This document shows positions 1 to 9,683 of a stretch of DNA of 45,339 bases, one piece after another. The position numbers and the translations under genes are program-made. Where the stretch lies: NCBI GenBank assembly GCA_033837965.1, contig JAJLLM010000157.1:1-45339 (forward strand), in the 5' to 3' direction. The notes beneath the pieces were generated by a model, which saw only the letters and a program-made list of their open reading frames with translations, ran no database searches and was not told the DNA's origin. The stretch comes from Pseudazoarcus pumilus. GTDB taxonomy: Bacteria > Pseudomonadota > Gammaproteobacteria > Burkholderiales > Rhodocyclaceae. How positions within the stretch are numbered: position 1 is the stretch's first letter; every line of letters starts with the position of its first letter.

Positions 1-40
1 TCGCCATCACCGGGCAAGGACGCCCGCAGGGAGAATCATC

Positions 41-2713
41 ATGAAACGCCGTCAGTCCGCGCGTTCAGCCGCCGACCTGGGCTACCTCGCCCGCTTCATG
101 AGCGGCCTGCATGAGGATCAGCGCAAGCTGCGCGAAATCCAGAGTGTGTATGACAACCTCACGCTGCTCGGGCAGTTGTTGTGCGCCGGCACCGACATCA
201 CCGGCATGCGTTCCGATTTCAACGACCTCGCCGCTGAACTGCTCGACCAGCTCGCGCGTGAGTCGCGCAAGAAGGCCGTGCGCAGTCTGGGGTCGGATGC
301 ACGCGTCGCCATCGACATCCTGGTGCGTAACCTGTTCGAACGTACTGCCGACATCGGCTTTCTGGCCACCGACGAGGATGTGCGCGCCTTTGCCGAATCG
401 GTGATGAGCGATCCGCACCTGGCGCGCGACCGCGGCCGTGTGGCGACGCTGGTCGAGCGTTTCGACGAGTACGTGAAGAAGTACTCCGTCTATCACAACA
501 TCATGCTGCTGTCGCCGGACGGCAAGGTGCTGGCGCAGCTCGACCGCGACAACGATGTGCATGAATCCTCCGACCCCCTGATCCGCCAGGCACTGAAGAC
601 CTCCGAGCCCTACGTGGAAGTGTTCCGCAAGACCGACCTGCTGCCCGACGAGGACACTGCGCTGATCTACGCCTACCGCGTGATGTCGGCCGATGGTCAC
701 CGGCCCGTCGGCGTGCTGTGCCTGTGCTTCCGTTTCGAGGACGAATGCCGGCGCATCTTCGACGGCCTTCTCGGCGAGGACGACTGGACGGTGATCACGC
801 TGCTCGATGGTGACGACCGGGTGATCGCCAGCAGCGACCCGTATCAGGTTCCGGTGGGCGCCAGACTGGAGCGCGCGGCCGGCGAGGACGCCAGCATCGT
901 GCGCTTTGCCGGCCGGGAGTACCTTGCGACCACGCGCGAATCGCATGGCTATCAGGGCTACATGGGGCCGGGTTGGGTGGGGCATGCGCTGGCGCCGCTC
1001 AACCACGTCTTTGAAATGGCCGTGGCGCATGAACTGGAGGCCGTGCCACAGCGTCTGCGCGAGGGTGTGCTGGAGACCACCACGCTGTTCTCGCAGGCGT
1101 TGCGCGACATCCCGGTGCGTGCCACCACCATCCAGCGCGAACTCAACCGTGCGGTGTGGAACGGCACGCTGTGGCTGACGCGCGATGCGCATGCGCTCAA
1201 CGGCTCGTTTGCCAAAGTGCTGCTGTGGGAAATCGGCAGTACCGGCGTGCGCACCCGCGAAGTCTTCAGTGAATCGACTACCAACCTTTACGAGACGGTG
1301 GTGTCGTCAGTGCTTTACGACTGCTCGGCGCAAGCGGCACTGGCCATGGACATCATGGACCGCAACCTCTACGAGCGCGCCAACGACTGCCGCTGGTGGG
1401 CGCTGACCGGTGCCTTCCGCGAGTTGCTGGCCCAGCATCGCCCGCTGGAAGTGTCGGAACGTGAGCGTCTGACTGACATCCTGCGCACCATCAACGGCCT
1501 GTACACGGTGTACTCCAACCTGATCGTGTTCGATTCCTCGGCACGCATCGTGGCGGTGTCCAACCCGGCCTATGCCCGTACTGTCGGCGAAACCCTGTCG
1601 GCCGACTGGGTGCGCGAGACGCTGGCGCTGCCGGACACGCAGAGCTACTGCGTGTCGAGCTTCGCGCCCTCGCCGATGTATGGCAATCAGGCGACCTACA
1701 TCTACTCCGCCGCGATCCGCGCGCCCGGTGCGGACGGCGAGCCGGTGGGCGGCATCGCCATCGTGTTCGACTCGACGCCGCAGTTCATCGCCATGCTGCA
1801 GGACGCACTGCCGCGCAACGAGGACGGCAGCGCGGTCGACGGCGCGATTGCAGCCTTTTCCGAGCGCGATGGCCGCATCATCGCCAGCACCGACGAGGGC
1901 CTGCCGATCGGCAGCAAGCTCGAGATCGGGCGCGAGTTCTTCGATCTCGACAACGGCGAATCCTGCGCCAACGTGGTGGAGCTGAACGGTCGCTACTACG
2001 CCGTTGGCTCGCGCATGTCCTCGGGCTATCGCGAGTACAAGAGCGAGGACGATGCCTACCGCAACGACATCGTGGCGCTCGTGCTGGTGCCGTTGTCCGA
2101 CCGCCTGGCGAGCGCTTCCGCCGGAGGCCGGAAGAAGGCCGCGACCAGCCAGTACGCCACGCGCCCGGCGCGCGCCGACGACACGCTGGAGATCGCCACC
2201 TTCTACATCGGCAGCAGCTGGTACGGCGTGCGTGCGGAACACGTCATCGAGGCGACCGACCGCACCAGCATCACGCCGGTGCCCGGCATGCCGGAATGGG
2301 TGCGCGGCTGCGTGATGTACGACGACCACCCGATTTCGGTGTTCGACCTGTCACCGCTGCTGCCGGGGCGTCCGAGCCTGCGCGGCGAGGGTCAGGTGGT
2401 GGTGGTGGGCATGCCGGAGCAGAACCTGCGCTTCGGCATCCTGGTGGACGAACTGGGAGACATTCCGGAGATTCCGGTCGAGCGCATCGACCCCGTGCCG
2501 GCCATGCTGGGTCAGTCGGGCAGTTCCATGACCGACAGCCTGGTGCGGCCCGACGCCTCGGTGCCCGGCGGTGAAATTCTGGTGGTGCTGTCGCTGGAGG
2601 CGATCATGCGTCGGCTGGCGAGTGCGGAACAGAAAGGCGGCGCCGACGTGGAGTTGCTGCCGTCGTCGCCCCGCGCACGCCAGGTGGCGTTCGCGGAACG
2701 GCGCGGCAACTGA
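41..2713 (+). CDS. Soluble chemotaxis protein: two tandem Cache-like sensory modules plus C-terminal CheW domain
   Basis: 890-aa ORF with RBS GGGAG. Internal duplication (AIDILVRNLFERTADIGFLA vs AMDIMDRNLYERANDCRWWA; GREYLA..GYQGY vs GRYYAV..GYREY). CheW-like C-terminus (EIATFYIG..YGV; ITPVPG..VRG; FGILVDELGDI). No obvious TM helix. Confidence 0.8.
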   Translation: MKRRQSARSAADLGYLARFMSGLHEDQRKLREIQSVYDNLTLLGQLLCAGTDITGMRSDFNDLAAELLDQLARESRKKAVRSLGSDARVAIDILVRNLFERTADIGFLATDEDVRAFAESVMSDPHLARDRGRVATLVERFDEYVKKYSVYHNIMLLSPDGKVLAQLDRDNDVHESSDPLIRQALKTSEPYVEVFRKTDLLPDEDTALIYAYRVMSADGHRPVGVLCLCFRFEDECRRIFDGLLGEDDWTVITLLDGDDRVIASSDPYQVPVGARLERAAGEDASIVRFAGREYLATTRESHGYQGYMGPGWVGHALAPLNHVFEMAVAHELEAVPQRLREGVLETTTLFSQALRDIPVRATTIQRELNRAVWNGTLWLTRDAHALNGSFAKVLLWEIGSTGVRTREVFSESTTNLYETVVSSVLYDCSAQAALAMDIMDRNLYERANDCRWWALTGAFRELLAQHRPLEVSERERLTDILRTINGLYTVYSNLIVFDSSARIVAVSNPAYARTVGETLSADWVRETLALPDTQSYCVSSFAPSPMYGNQATYIYSAAIRAPGADGEPVGGIAIVFDSTPQFIAMLQDALPRNEDGSAVDGAIAAFSERDGRIIASTDEGLPIGSKLEIGREFFDLDNGESCANVVELNGRYYAVGSRMSSGYREYKSEDDAYRNDIVALVLVPLSDRLASASAGGRKKAATSQYATRPARADDTLEIATFYIGSSWYGVRAEHVIEATDRTSITPVPGMPEWVRGCVMYDDHPISVFDLSPLLPGRPSLRGEGQVVVVGMPEQNLRFGILVDELGDIPEIPVERIDPVPAMLGQSGSSMTDSLVRPDASVPGGEILVVLSLEAIMRRLASAEQKGGADVELLPSSPRARQVAFAERRGN

Positions 2714-2722
2714 CGCCGGGGC

Positions 2723-4363
2723 TCAGACGCGGAAGCGCTGCACCACGCCGATCATGCGTTCGGCGGTGGAGTCCAGCGCTTCCGCACTGGCGGCCGAGGC
2801 CTCCATGGTGCTGTTGGTCTCCTCGGCCTGCTGGGCGATCTCCTCGATGCGGCGGGCCACCTCGGCCGAGGCCATGGACTGCTCGCGCAGCGCGGAATCG
2901 AGTTCCGACACGATCACCGCCACTTCCTGCGCAATGCCCTGCAGCTTGCCGATGATGTCGCTGGCCTGCGTGGCTTCCTCGCTGCTGGCCTGCACGGCAG
3001 AGACACCGCGCTCGATGCCGGACACCGCCTCGCGCGTGGAGCCCTGTACTTCGGCCACCATGGTGGCGATTTCCTGCGTGGACTGGGCGGTGCGCTCGGA
3101 CAGCTTGCGTACCTCGTCCGCCACCACCGCGAAGCCGCGGCCGGCTTCGCCGGCGCGGGCTGCCTCGATGGCGGCATTGAGTGCCAGCAGGTTGGTCTGT
3201 TCGGCGATGTCGCGGATCACCGCGACGATGCGCGAAATCTTTTCGGACTGCGCCTCCAGGCTGGCGATCTGGCGTGCGGCTTCGCCCACCACGTTGTCCA
3301 CCTGCTTCATGTTGGCGACCAGGCGACCCATGGTTTCGCGGCCCTCGCGCGCCTGACGGTCGGAGTCGTCGGCCAGCCCGCTGGCGTCGCCGGTGCGTTC
3401 CGCGACGTGCGAGATCGACACCGTCAGTTCCTCGACGTTGGCCGCAATCGCCGCTGCCGCGCCGCTCTGCGCGGAGGTGCTGGTCTGCACTTCGGCAGCG
3501 CTGCGCTTGAGTTCGCGTGCCGAGTCGGCCACCTGATGAGCCGAGTCGCGCGTCATCGAGATGGCCTGGCGCAGTGACTTCTGCATGGCCTCGACGGCGT
3601 GGATCAGGGCGCCGATCTCGTCGTCGCTGCCGGACGGCAACGGGGCCACCAGATCGCCGTCGGCGATGCGTTCGACCGCCGCCACGGTGTCGTGCAGGCG
3701 GCCGCCCAGGCGCGCCGCCATCATCAGCGTCAGCACGATGGTCATGGCCACCGCCACGGCTGCCGCACCGATGCCCCAGGTCAGGGTGCTGACCACTTCG
3801 GCTTCGGCGCGCGCCGCGGCTTCGTCGGCGCTCTGCTTGTTGAACGCCACCAGCGCGTCGATGGCGTCGCGCACGCCGTTGGCTTCCTGCACCCACACCG
3901 TGCGGCGCAGATTCTGCGCACCGTCCATGTCGCCGGCGCGCAGACGCTCGCGCGCCTGGCCGACGGCGGCGTGATAGGCCTTGGAGCGGGCAATCGCGTT
4001 GTCGAGCATGGTCTGCTCTTCGGCGTTGCGCACGTGGGTGCGGTACTCGGCAAACGCCTTCACCAGCTGGTCGTTGAGCGATTCCAGCGAGGCCTCGATC
4101 TTGGCGGCGTTTTCGGGCGGATCGGGCAGCAGGTATTCGAGGCTGCGCACGCGGTAGCGCAGGCGCAGCTGGCTGAGTTGCGAGGCCGACTCCAGCCCGG
4201 GCAGGGCTTGCTCGGCAATGCTGCGGGTCTCGCCGCTGATGCGTTGCACCTGCACGAGCGTGAAGGCGATGGCGATGGCGAGCACGCCGCCGGTGAGGCT
4301 GGCGAACCAGAACAGCTTGGCGCGCATGCCGAGATTGTCGAATGCTTTCATGGTGGTACTCAC
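2723..4363 (-). CDS. Methyl-accepting chemotaxis protein (TM-4HB-TM-HAMP-MA)
   Basis: [36 protein letters not shown] signalling motif, two TM segments, HAMP (DEIGAL). Confidence 0.95.
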   Translation of the reverse strand: MSTTMKAFDNLGMRAKLFWFASLTGGVLAIAIAFTLVQVQRISGETRSIAEQALPGLESASQLSQLRLRYRVRSLEYLLPDPPENAAKIEASLESLNDQLVKAFAEYRTHVRNAEEQTMLDNAIARSKAYHAAVGQARERLRAGDMDGAQNLRRTVWVQEANGVRDAIDALVAFNKQSADEAAARAEAEVVSTLTWGIGAAAVAVAMTIVLTLMMAARLGGRLHDTVAAVERIADGDLVAPLPSGSDDEIGALIHAVEAMQKSLRQAISMTRDSAHQVADSARELKRSAAEVQTSTSAQSGAAAAIAANVEELTVSISHVAERTGDASGLADDSDRQAREGRETMGRLVANMKQVDNVVGEAARQIASLEAQSEKISRIVAVIRDIAEQTNLLALNAAIEAARAGEAGRGFAVVADEVRKLSERTAQSTQEIATMVAEVQGSTREAVSGIERGVSAVQASSEEATQASDIIGKLQGIAQEVAVIVSELDSALREQSMASAEVARRIEEIAQQAEETNSTMEASAASAEALDSTAERMIGVVQRFRV

Positions 4364-4393
4364 TGGATGGCGAGCGGTTTCGCCGGTGACTGA

Positions 4394-4420
4394 CTAACGG
4401 CCGGGGGAGGGCCGACTTTA
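4394..4420 (-). promoter_or_regulatory. sigma28 (FliA)-type promoter of the MCP gene
   Basis: Minus strand reads TAAA-N15-GCCGTTAG about 30 nt before the MCP start; consensus is TAAA-N15-GCCGATAA. The -35 TAAA includes the TAA stop of the thioesterase. Confidence 0.8.
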
Positions 4421-4942
4421 GGTGCTTTTGCGCCGGATGCCGACACGGCGGCCGATGTGCCCGTCGTCCGGCAGATCGGCGTGGGCGGCGGCGAGCCGTT
4501 CCAGCCGGGTGGTGATCTCGGGCGGGAAGGGCGTGGAGCGCCGCGCGCCCATGTCGATGTGCATGCTGATCGATTCGTTGGTGGCGGCCAGCCAGCCCTC
4601 CTCGGCGTGGAACATGCGGTGCAGCATGTGGATGCGCTTGTGGTCGTGATCCACCAGCTGCGTGCGCACCGCATAGGGCGCACGCGGCAGCAGCTCGCGC
4701 TCATAGGTGAGGTGCATTTCGAGCGCGAAGGTGGAGCAGCCGGTACGCCGGGTGTAGTCGGCGTTCTTGCCGAGCAGGGCGTGGAAGCAGTCGGTGGCGC
4801 GGTCGAACACCAGCAGGTAGTAGGCCACGTTCATGTGGCCGTTGTGGTCCAGCCACTCGTCCAGCACGTGGCCTTTCGCCGTCAGCAGCAGCTCGGCCGG
4901 AAAGTCGTCGAGCGGCGAGAGGTTGGCGGCGTGGTCGGTCAC
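4418..4942 (-). CDS. Hot-dog-fold acyl-CoA thioesterase (4HBT/YbgC-like)
   Basis: EWLDHNGHMNVAYY motif. The true gene is the 3' part of the track ORF 4418-5626; a GTG start at 4942 overlaps the DUF502 stop (GTGA). Confidence 0.85.
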   Translation of the reverse strand: MTDHAANLSPLDDFPAELLLTAKGHVLDEWLDHNGHMNVAYYLLVFDRATDCFHALLGKNADYTRRTGCSTFALEMHLTYERELLPRAPYAVRTQLVDHDHKRIHMLHRMFHAEEGWLAATNESISMHIDMGARRSTPFPPEITTRLERLAAAHADLPDDGHIGRRVGIRRKST

Positions 4943-5571
4943 TTTGCCTGCGGGGCGGCCACGGCCGCGGTCTTCTTGCGTCCGCCGATGCCGGTCACGC
5001 CCGCGGTGAGGATGAAGCGCATGGCCTCGTCCATGGTGATGTCGAGTTCGCGCACGTTGGCGCGCGGCACCACCACCGTGTAGCCGCCGATCATGTAGCT
5101 CATCGGCAGATACACCAGCACGCTGTCGGCGGCCTCGCCGAAGTTCTTCGGCATGCGGTTGCGGTCGGTCTGGGTGACCAGTCCGACGACTTCCAGCCCG
5201 TTCTCCGGCAGCTTCACGGCGACGACCTGACGGAAGTCCTTCTTGCGCATCGGCGAGAAGTATTCGAAGAAGTCGCGGATGGTGGGGTACACGCTGCGGA
5301 TGATCGGCAGCTTCAGGAACAGGCCTTCGCTCCAGGCGAACAAGCGCTGCATCACGTAGGTGTGCATCAGCATGCCGACCAGGAAGCACAGCACCAGCCC
5401 CAGCGCGACGCCGAGCCCCGGCCGGTAGATGCCGTCGGGCAGCAGGAGCTGCAGTTGCTGGCCGAGCAGTTGCTCGCTGGAGGTGACCAGCCAGTACAGC
5501 AGATAGAGGGTCAGCGTGATCGGCAGGATGGTGATCAGGCCGGTCAGGATGTTCTTGGTGATGACGCCCAT
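4939..5571 (-). CDS. DUF502 family membrane protein
   Basis: GLITILPITLT N-terminus, KLPIIRSVY, VYLP..GY..VP, MDEAMRFILTAGV. ATG at 5571 is preferred over the longer ORF start. Confidence 0.85.
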   Translation of the reverse strand: MGVITKNILTGLITILPITLTLYLLYWLVTSSEQLLGQQLQLLLPDGIYRPGLGVALGLVLCFLVGMLMHTYVMQRLFAWSEGLFLKLPIIRSVYPTIRDFFEYFSPMRKKDFRQVVAVKLPENGLEVVGLVTQTDRNRMPKNFGEAADSVLVYLPMSYMIGGYTVVVPRANVRELDITMDEAMRFILTAGVTGIGGRKKTAAVAAPQAK

Positions 5572-5669
5572 GAGGGTCCTCGTCGGAGTCGTTTCCGCGA
5601 GTGCGGAAATGCTTCCGATTGTGCAACAGATCGCCCCGTCTCGCGGGCCTGCGGGACGATGGCTTAAAT

Positions 5670-5696
5670 AAAAAACCCCGGAGCGGGCTCCGGGGT
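5670..5696 (-). terminator. Intrinsic terminator of the NRAMP-related transporter gene
   Basis: ACCCCGGAGC/GCTCCGGGGT inverted repeat followed on the minus strand by a T6 tract. Confidence 0.85.
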
Positions 5697-5731
5697 CTGT
5701 CCGTGCAGCGGGCGTGCGGCCCGCGACCGGA

Positions 5732-7285
5732 TTACTTGAAGAACTTGCCCAGCTGCGAGTACATCGCCAGGCCGGTGGCCAGCGTGAACAGCACCAGCGT
5801 GATCCACGAAGCGGCACGCACCAGTGCGCTCGGGTAGTACACGTTGTCGGTCTTCTTGATGACGTTCAGGCAGAACGAATACACGTAGTAGAAGATCACC
5901 GGCGAGAACAGCAGGGTCATCGCAGAGGCGATCAGCACCAGCATGACCGGACGCTCGAAGCCGTAGATGATGGCCGAAGAGCCGATCAGCGAGTACATCA
6001 TGGTGATGCGCCAGATGTTGTACTCGGAGGCCAGCGACTTCTTGGCTTCCGGGCTCGGGTCCTCGATGCCGGACAGGTCCGCGGTCTTGCGGAACAGGTT
6101 GCGGCAGCAGGCACCGACCACACGCGGCCAGCCGTCGAAGTAGTTCAGCGCGGTCGAGTAGCAGGCGGCGAAGGCACCGATGATGAACACGTACATCATG
6201 CCGGGGCCGATGGACTCGGTGAACATCTTGGCCAGCGTGCCCATGACGGCAGCGCCCTTGACCTGGGTCGGGTAGAGGTACATGGCGGCCAGCATCATGA
6301 AGATGGCGGCGATACCGAACGACACCCAGTGGCCCAGCGCAAAGTCGATGTTGCCGATCTTGAACCAGCGGCGGCAGTACTCCTGCGCGTGCGGCGACAG
6401 GCGGTCCATGTGCACCGTCAGGTCTTCCTTGCGCGGGTTGAAGGAGTCGAACTTGCCTGCCACGCCATGCTGTTCCAGCGTCTTGCGCAGCAGCGGCATG
6501 CCGGCTTTCTTGGCCTTGCCCCACTCCGACGACTGCAGCGCGACGTCCATGCCGGTCGGCAGCAGGCCGAGGAAGGCGGCCAGGAACAGCAGCGAGCCCG
6601 GCGGCATGTAGCCGAATTCCGGATGCGGCGCGATGAAGAACTTGTAGACCTCAAGGCTCGGCGGGTTCCAGAAGAACACGACCAGCGTGGTCACGACCAG
6701 CGCGATGACGAGGAACTTGGTGGCGGTTTCGAGCGACTTGTACTGGCCCGACAGCACCAGCGCGCAGCAGGTGATGCTGACGAAGATGCCGTACTGCCAC
6801 AGCGCGAAGCCCCAGCCGAGGTGCTCGGTGAACATGAAGTACATCACCGCAGCCGCCGCGACGACGCGCGAGGCCTGACCGATCGCGCACTGCGCGATGG
6901 TGATGAACAGCACGTACCAGATCGCCCATTTGCCCTTGGTGGTGCACATGGCGTCCATCACCGACTTGCCGGTGGCGTTGGTGAAGCGGAACGACATCTG
7001 GAAGCCGTAGTACTTGATGACGAAGGCCAGCAGCACCGACCACATCAGCGCGTAGCTGAAGGTGGCGCCGGCAACCGGAGCGGTCACCAGGTGGCTGGTA
7101 CCGATACCGGTCATCATCAGAAGCATGCCGGGACCGAAGTGCTTGAACATGCTCAGGGGGGACATGTCCGGCAGTTCGAGCTTCTCGATCTCCGGAATGT
7201 TGACGGTCTTGCCACCACCGGTGGTGGCGCTGCCGCCTTGAACGACACCCGCGTCGAGGGCGCCCGTCTGGTTACTCGATGACAT
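5732..7285 (-). CDS. NRAMP-related (APC superfamily) secondary transporter
   Basis: FGPGMLLMMTGIGTSHLVTAPVAGATFSYALMW N-terminal motif, about 11 hydrophobic segments, RBS AAGGAG. Lacks the canonical DPGN motif, so the substrate is uncertain. Confidence 0.8.
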   Translation of the reverse strand: MSSSNQTGALDAGVVQGGSATTGGGKTVNIPEIEKLELPDMSPLSMFKHFGPGMLLMMTGIGTSHLVTAPVAGATFSYALMWSVLLAFVIKYYGFQMSFRFTNATGKSVMDAMCTTKGKWAIWYVLFITIAQCAIGQASRVVAAAAVMYFMFTEHLGWGFALWQYGIFVSITCCALVLSGQYKSLETATKFLVIALVVTTLVVFFWNPPSLEVYKFFIAPHPEFGYMPPGSLLFLAAFLGLLPTGMDVALQSSEWGKAKKAGMPLLRKTLEQHGVAGKFDSFNPRKEDLTVHMDRLSPHAQEYCRRWFKIGNIDFALGHWVSFGIAAIFMMLAAMYLYPTQVKGAAVMGTLAKMFTESIGPGMMYVFIIGAFAACYSTALNYFDGWPRVVGACCRNLFRKTADLSGIEDPSPEAKKSLASEYNIWRITMMYSLIGSSAIIYGFERPVMLVLIASAMTLLFSPVIFYYVYSFCLNVIKKTDNVYYPSALVRAASWITLVLFTLATGLAMYSQLGKFFK

Positions 7286-7840
7286 TGGATGATTCTCCTT
7301 GCGTTGATGCGTAGGCCGGTTGCCCGGCCGGACATCGAATCGTGGCGGCCTCGGGGACGCGCCGTTGATAACTCTTCCGCGTGCTTCCCGCAGGACGTGC
7401 TGCGGGAAATCATTTTTATGTGTTGGTTGGCCCGGACTCCGGCCGCAGAAACCGCATTACCCGCGGTGGGGCGGGTGCGCGAAACTGCGGTCGAGGACAG
7501 TGGCCGATCCGGGAGACCCCGGTTGCTTGTCGCCTCCCGGCGATACGCAGACGGGTTCGCCGTCTGCCGGCGGATCCGGGCTTACCGGGTAGGTAAGCCG
7601 GATCGGTTTCCTGCGGTGAACGTGGCGACTTTGCCGTGCTTCACCGGCGGCCTTCGGGTTTTTGTAAGGAACCTGTAAGGCTGCGTGGGCCGCATTGAAA
7701 CATAAAAGTTCCTTCTGTGTGTATGAAAGTCTTTGTTTTCAAATGAATGGTTATCCGCCGATAAGCTGTGTTTATTGATTATCGTGAGCGATCCGTGCAC
7801 GAATCCCTGCGGCGGCACGGGTTGCGCCGGGGATTTTGGT

Positions 7841-7867
7841 TAAAGTTCGCGATCGGTCTGTCGTAAC
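7841..7867 (+). promoter_or_regulatory. Putative sigma28-type promoter of the MCP gene at 7942
   Basis: TAAA(GTT)-N15-GTCGTAAC: good -35, degenerate -10. Same spacing as the sites at 4394 and 19954. Confidence 0.6.
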
Positions 7868-7941
7868 TGGAGTTCACAAAGCGTCTGCCCGGCAGAAAGC
7901 TGCGGGAGCCGTCGCTGGCAACAAAGGATGGGGAGAGAATC

Positions 7942-9588
7942 ATGAATGTCGTAAACAACGCTCCGGTGCGCGTGAAGCTGCTGGTGCCGCTGGCGCTGAT
8001 CACCATCATGCTGATCGCGATCAGCGTGATCGGGGTGACGCGTCTGGCCACGCTCAATGAGCGTGTGGACGCCTTGTCGCAGCAGTATCTGCTGGCGCAG
8101 GACAACCTGCTCAACGCCGACCGCGATCTGCAGCAGGCGCTCGTGGCGGAGCGCAGCATCCTGTCGGTGGAGGCCGACTCCGATTTCTTCACGAACTTCG
8201 AGAAGGACTACAAGGAGAACCTCGGGCAGACCCATGACCGGGTAAAGAAATATGCGGAATTGCTCGGCGACCAGGAGGCTGTTGCGGCCCAGGCTGAATT
8301 CGAGCAGTTGGCGAGCGTGTGGGAGAAGACCTCAAGCGAGGTCATCGAGACCATGCGCAACGGCACCCAGTCCGATGCGATTGCGGCCATGGCCATGTCC
8401 GTCTACAAGGGCGAGCCCGAGTTCAACGCCATGCGTGAAGTGCTCAACCGTGAGCAGGAGCGCCTGGAGGCACGTCTGGCCAGCTATCGCACTGAGGCTG
8501 CCAGTTCGTATGTGGCAGCGCGTGCCATGCTGATCGGCGTGTCGCTTGCCGGCATCGCCTTGTGCGTGGTGGTCGGCGTGTTCCTGCCCGGCACCATCGC
8601 CAATCCCCTGCGCGAAGTCAGCAGCACCCTGTCGGAACTGGCCAGTGGCAACGGCGACTTGACCAAGCGTCTGCCGGACGAGCGCGAAGACGAAATCGGC
8701 GAACTGGCGCGCTACTTCAACCACTTCATGGACAACCTGCAGAAGCTCATCCGTCAGGTTTCGGAGTGCTCCGATCAGGTGTCGTCCGCCTCCACCGAGC
8801 TTTCCGCCACGGCGTCCGGCGTGGCCACCAGCTCGCAGGCGCAGAGTGAGTCGGCGGCTTCCACAGCCGCTGCGGTGGAAGAAATCACCGTCTCCATCTC
8901 GTCGGTTGCGCAGGGCGCGGAAGAGGTGCTGAGCCTGTCGCGCGAGAGCATGAAGCTCACCTCCAACAGCAATCGCGGCCTCAACGAGCTGCTGACCGAA
9001 GTCAATCGTGTGGAGAGCGCCGTCAAGGAGATCGCTTCCTCGGTGGAGGAGTTCGTGCGCAGTAGCCAGGCCATCACCAGCATGACCAAGCAGGTCAAGG
9101 ACATGGCCGACCAGACCAACCTGCTCGCGCTCAACGCCGCCATTGAAGCCGCGCGGGCTGGCGAACACGGCCGCGGCTTCGCCGTGGTGGCCGACGAAGT
9201 GCGCAAGCTGGCCGAGAAATCCGGCGCGGCCGCGAGCGAGATCGATGTGGTCACGCGCACGCTGGGCGAGCAGTCCGAAGGCGTGGAGAAGAGCATCGAG
9301 CAAGGGCTCAATTCGCTGGCCACCAGTCAGGAGCGCGTCGGTCAGGTCGTGGCCCTGCTGGCGGATGCTACCAGCGCGGTCGAACGCGCTTCCGATGGCG
9401 TGGGCGAGATCACCTCGTCGGTGAAGGAGCAGACCGCCGCCAGCAACGACATCGCGCGCAACATCGAGAGCATCGCGCAGATGGCCGAGCAGAACAGCGA
9501 GGCGGTGCGCGAGACCTCCGAGGCCGCACACCATCTGGAGAACCTTGCTGCGACGCTGCGGACGCTGGTTGGTCGCTTCCGCGTCTGA
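7942..9588 (+). CDS. Methyl-accepting chemotaxis protein (TM-4HB-TM-HAMP-MA)
   Basis: [41 protein letters not shown] (GDLTKRL..DEIGELA), two TMs, RBS GGAGAG. Confidence 0.95.
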   Translation: MNVVNNAPVRVKLLVPLALITIMLIAISVIGVTRLATLNERVDALSQQYLLAQDNLLNADRDLQQALVAERSILSVEADSDFFTNFEKDYKENLGQTHDRVKKYAELLGDQEAVAAQAEFEQLASVWEKTSSEVIETMRNGTQSDAIAAMAMSVYKGEPEFNAMREVLNREQERLEARLASYRTEAASSYVAARAMLIGVSLAGIALCVVVGVFLPGTIANPLREVSSTLSELASGNGDLTKRLPDEREDEIGELARYFNHFMDNLQKLIRQVSECSDQVSSASTELSATASGVATSSQAQSESAASTAAAVEEITVSISSVAQGAEEVLSLSRESMKLTSNSNRGLNELLTEVNRVESAVKEIASSVEEFVRSSQAITSMTKQVKDMADQTNLLALNAAIEAARAGEHGRGFAVVADEVRKLAEKSGAAASEIDVVTRTLGEQSEGVEKSIEQGLNSLATSQERVGQVVALLADATSAVERASDGVGEITSSVKEQTAASNDIARNIESIAQMAEQNSEAVRETSEAAHHLENLAATLRTLVGRFRV

Positions 9589-9605
9589 CGGGCGAGCAGC
9601 CCCTC

Positions 9606-9635
9606 ACGGCCCGCAGCGCCCCTGCGGGCCGTTTT
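9606..9635 (+). terminator. Intrinsic terminator after the MCP gene
   Basis: ACGGCCCGCAG-cgccc-CTGCGGGCCGT followed by TTT. Confidence 0.75.
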
Positions 9636-9683
9636 CATTGTTGCGGACAACCCTGAACCGCGCTGCGCCCCGGCTCTGATAGC

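Noticed and set aside
7813-7827. Possible sigma54 promoter CGGCACGGGTTGCGC
   Set aside because: TTGC is misplaced relative to the -24 GG, and a sigma28-type site explains the downstream MCP better.
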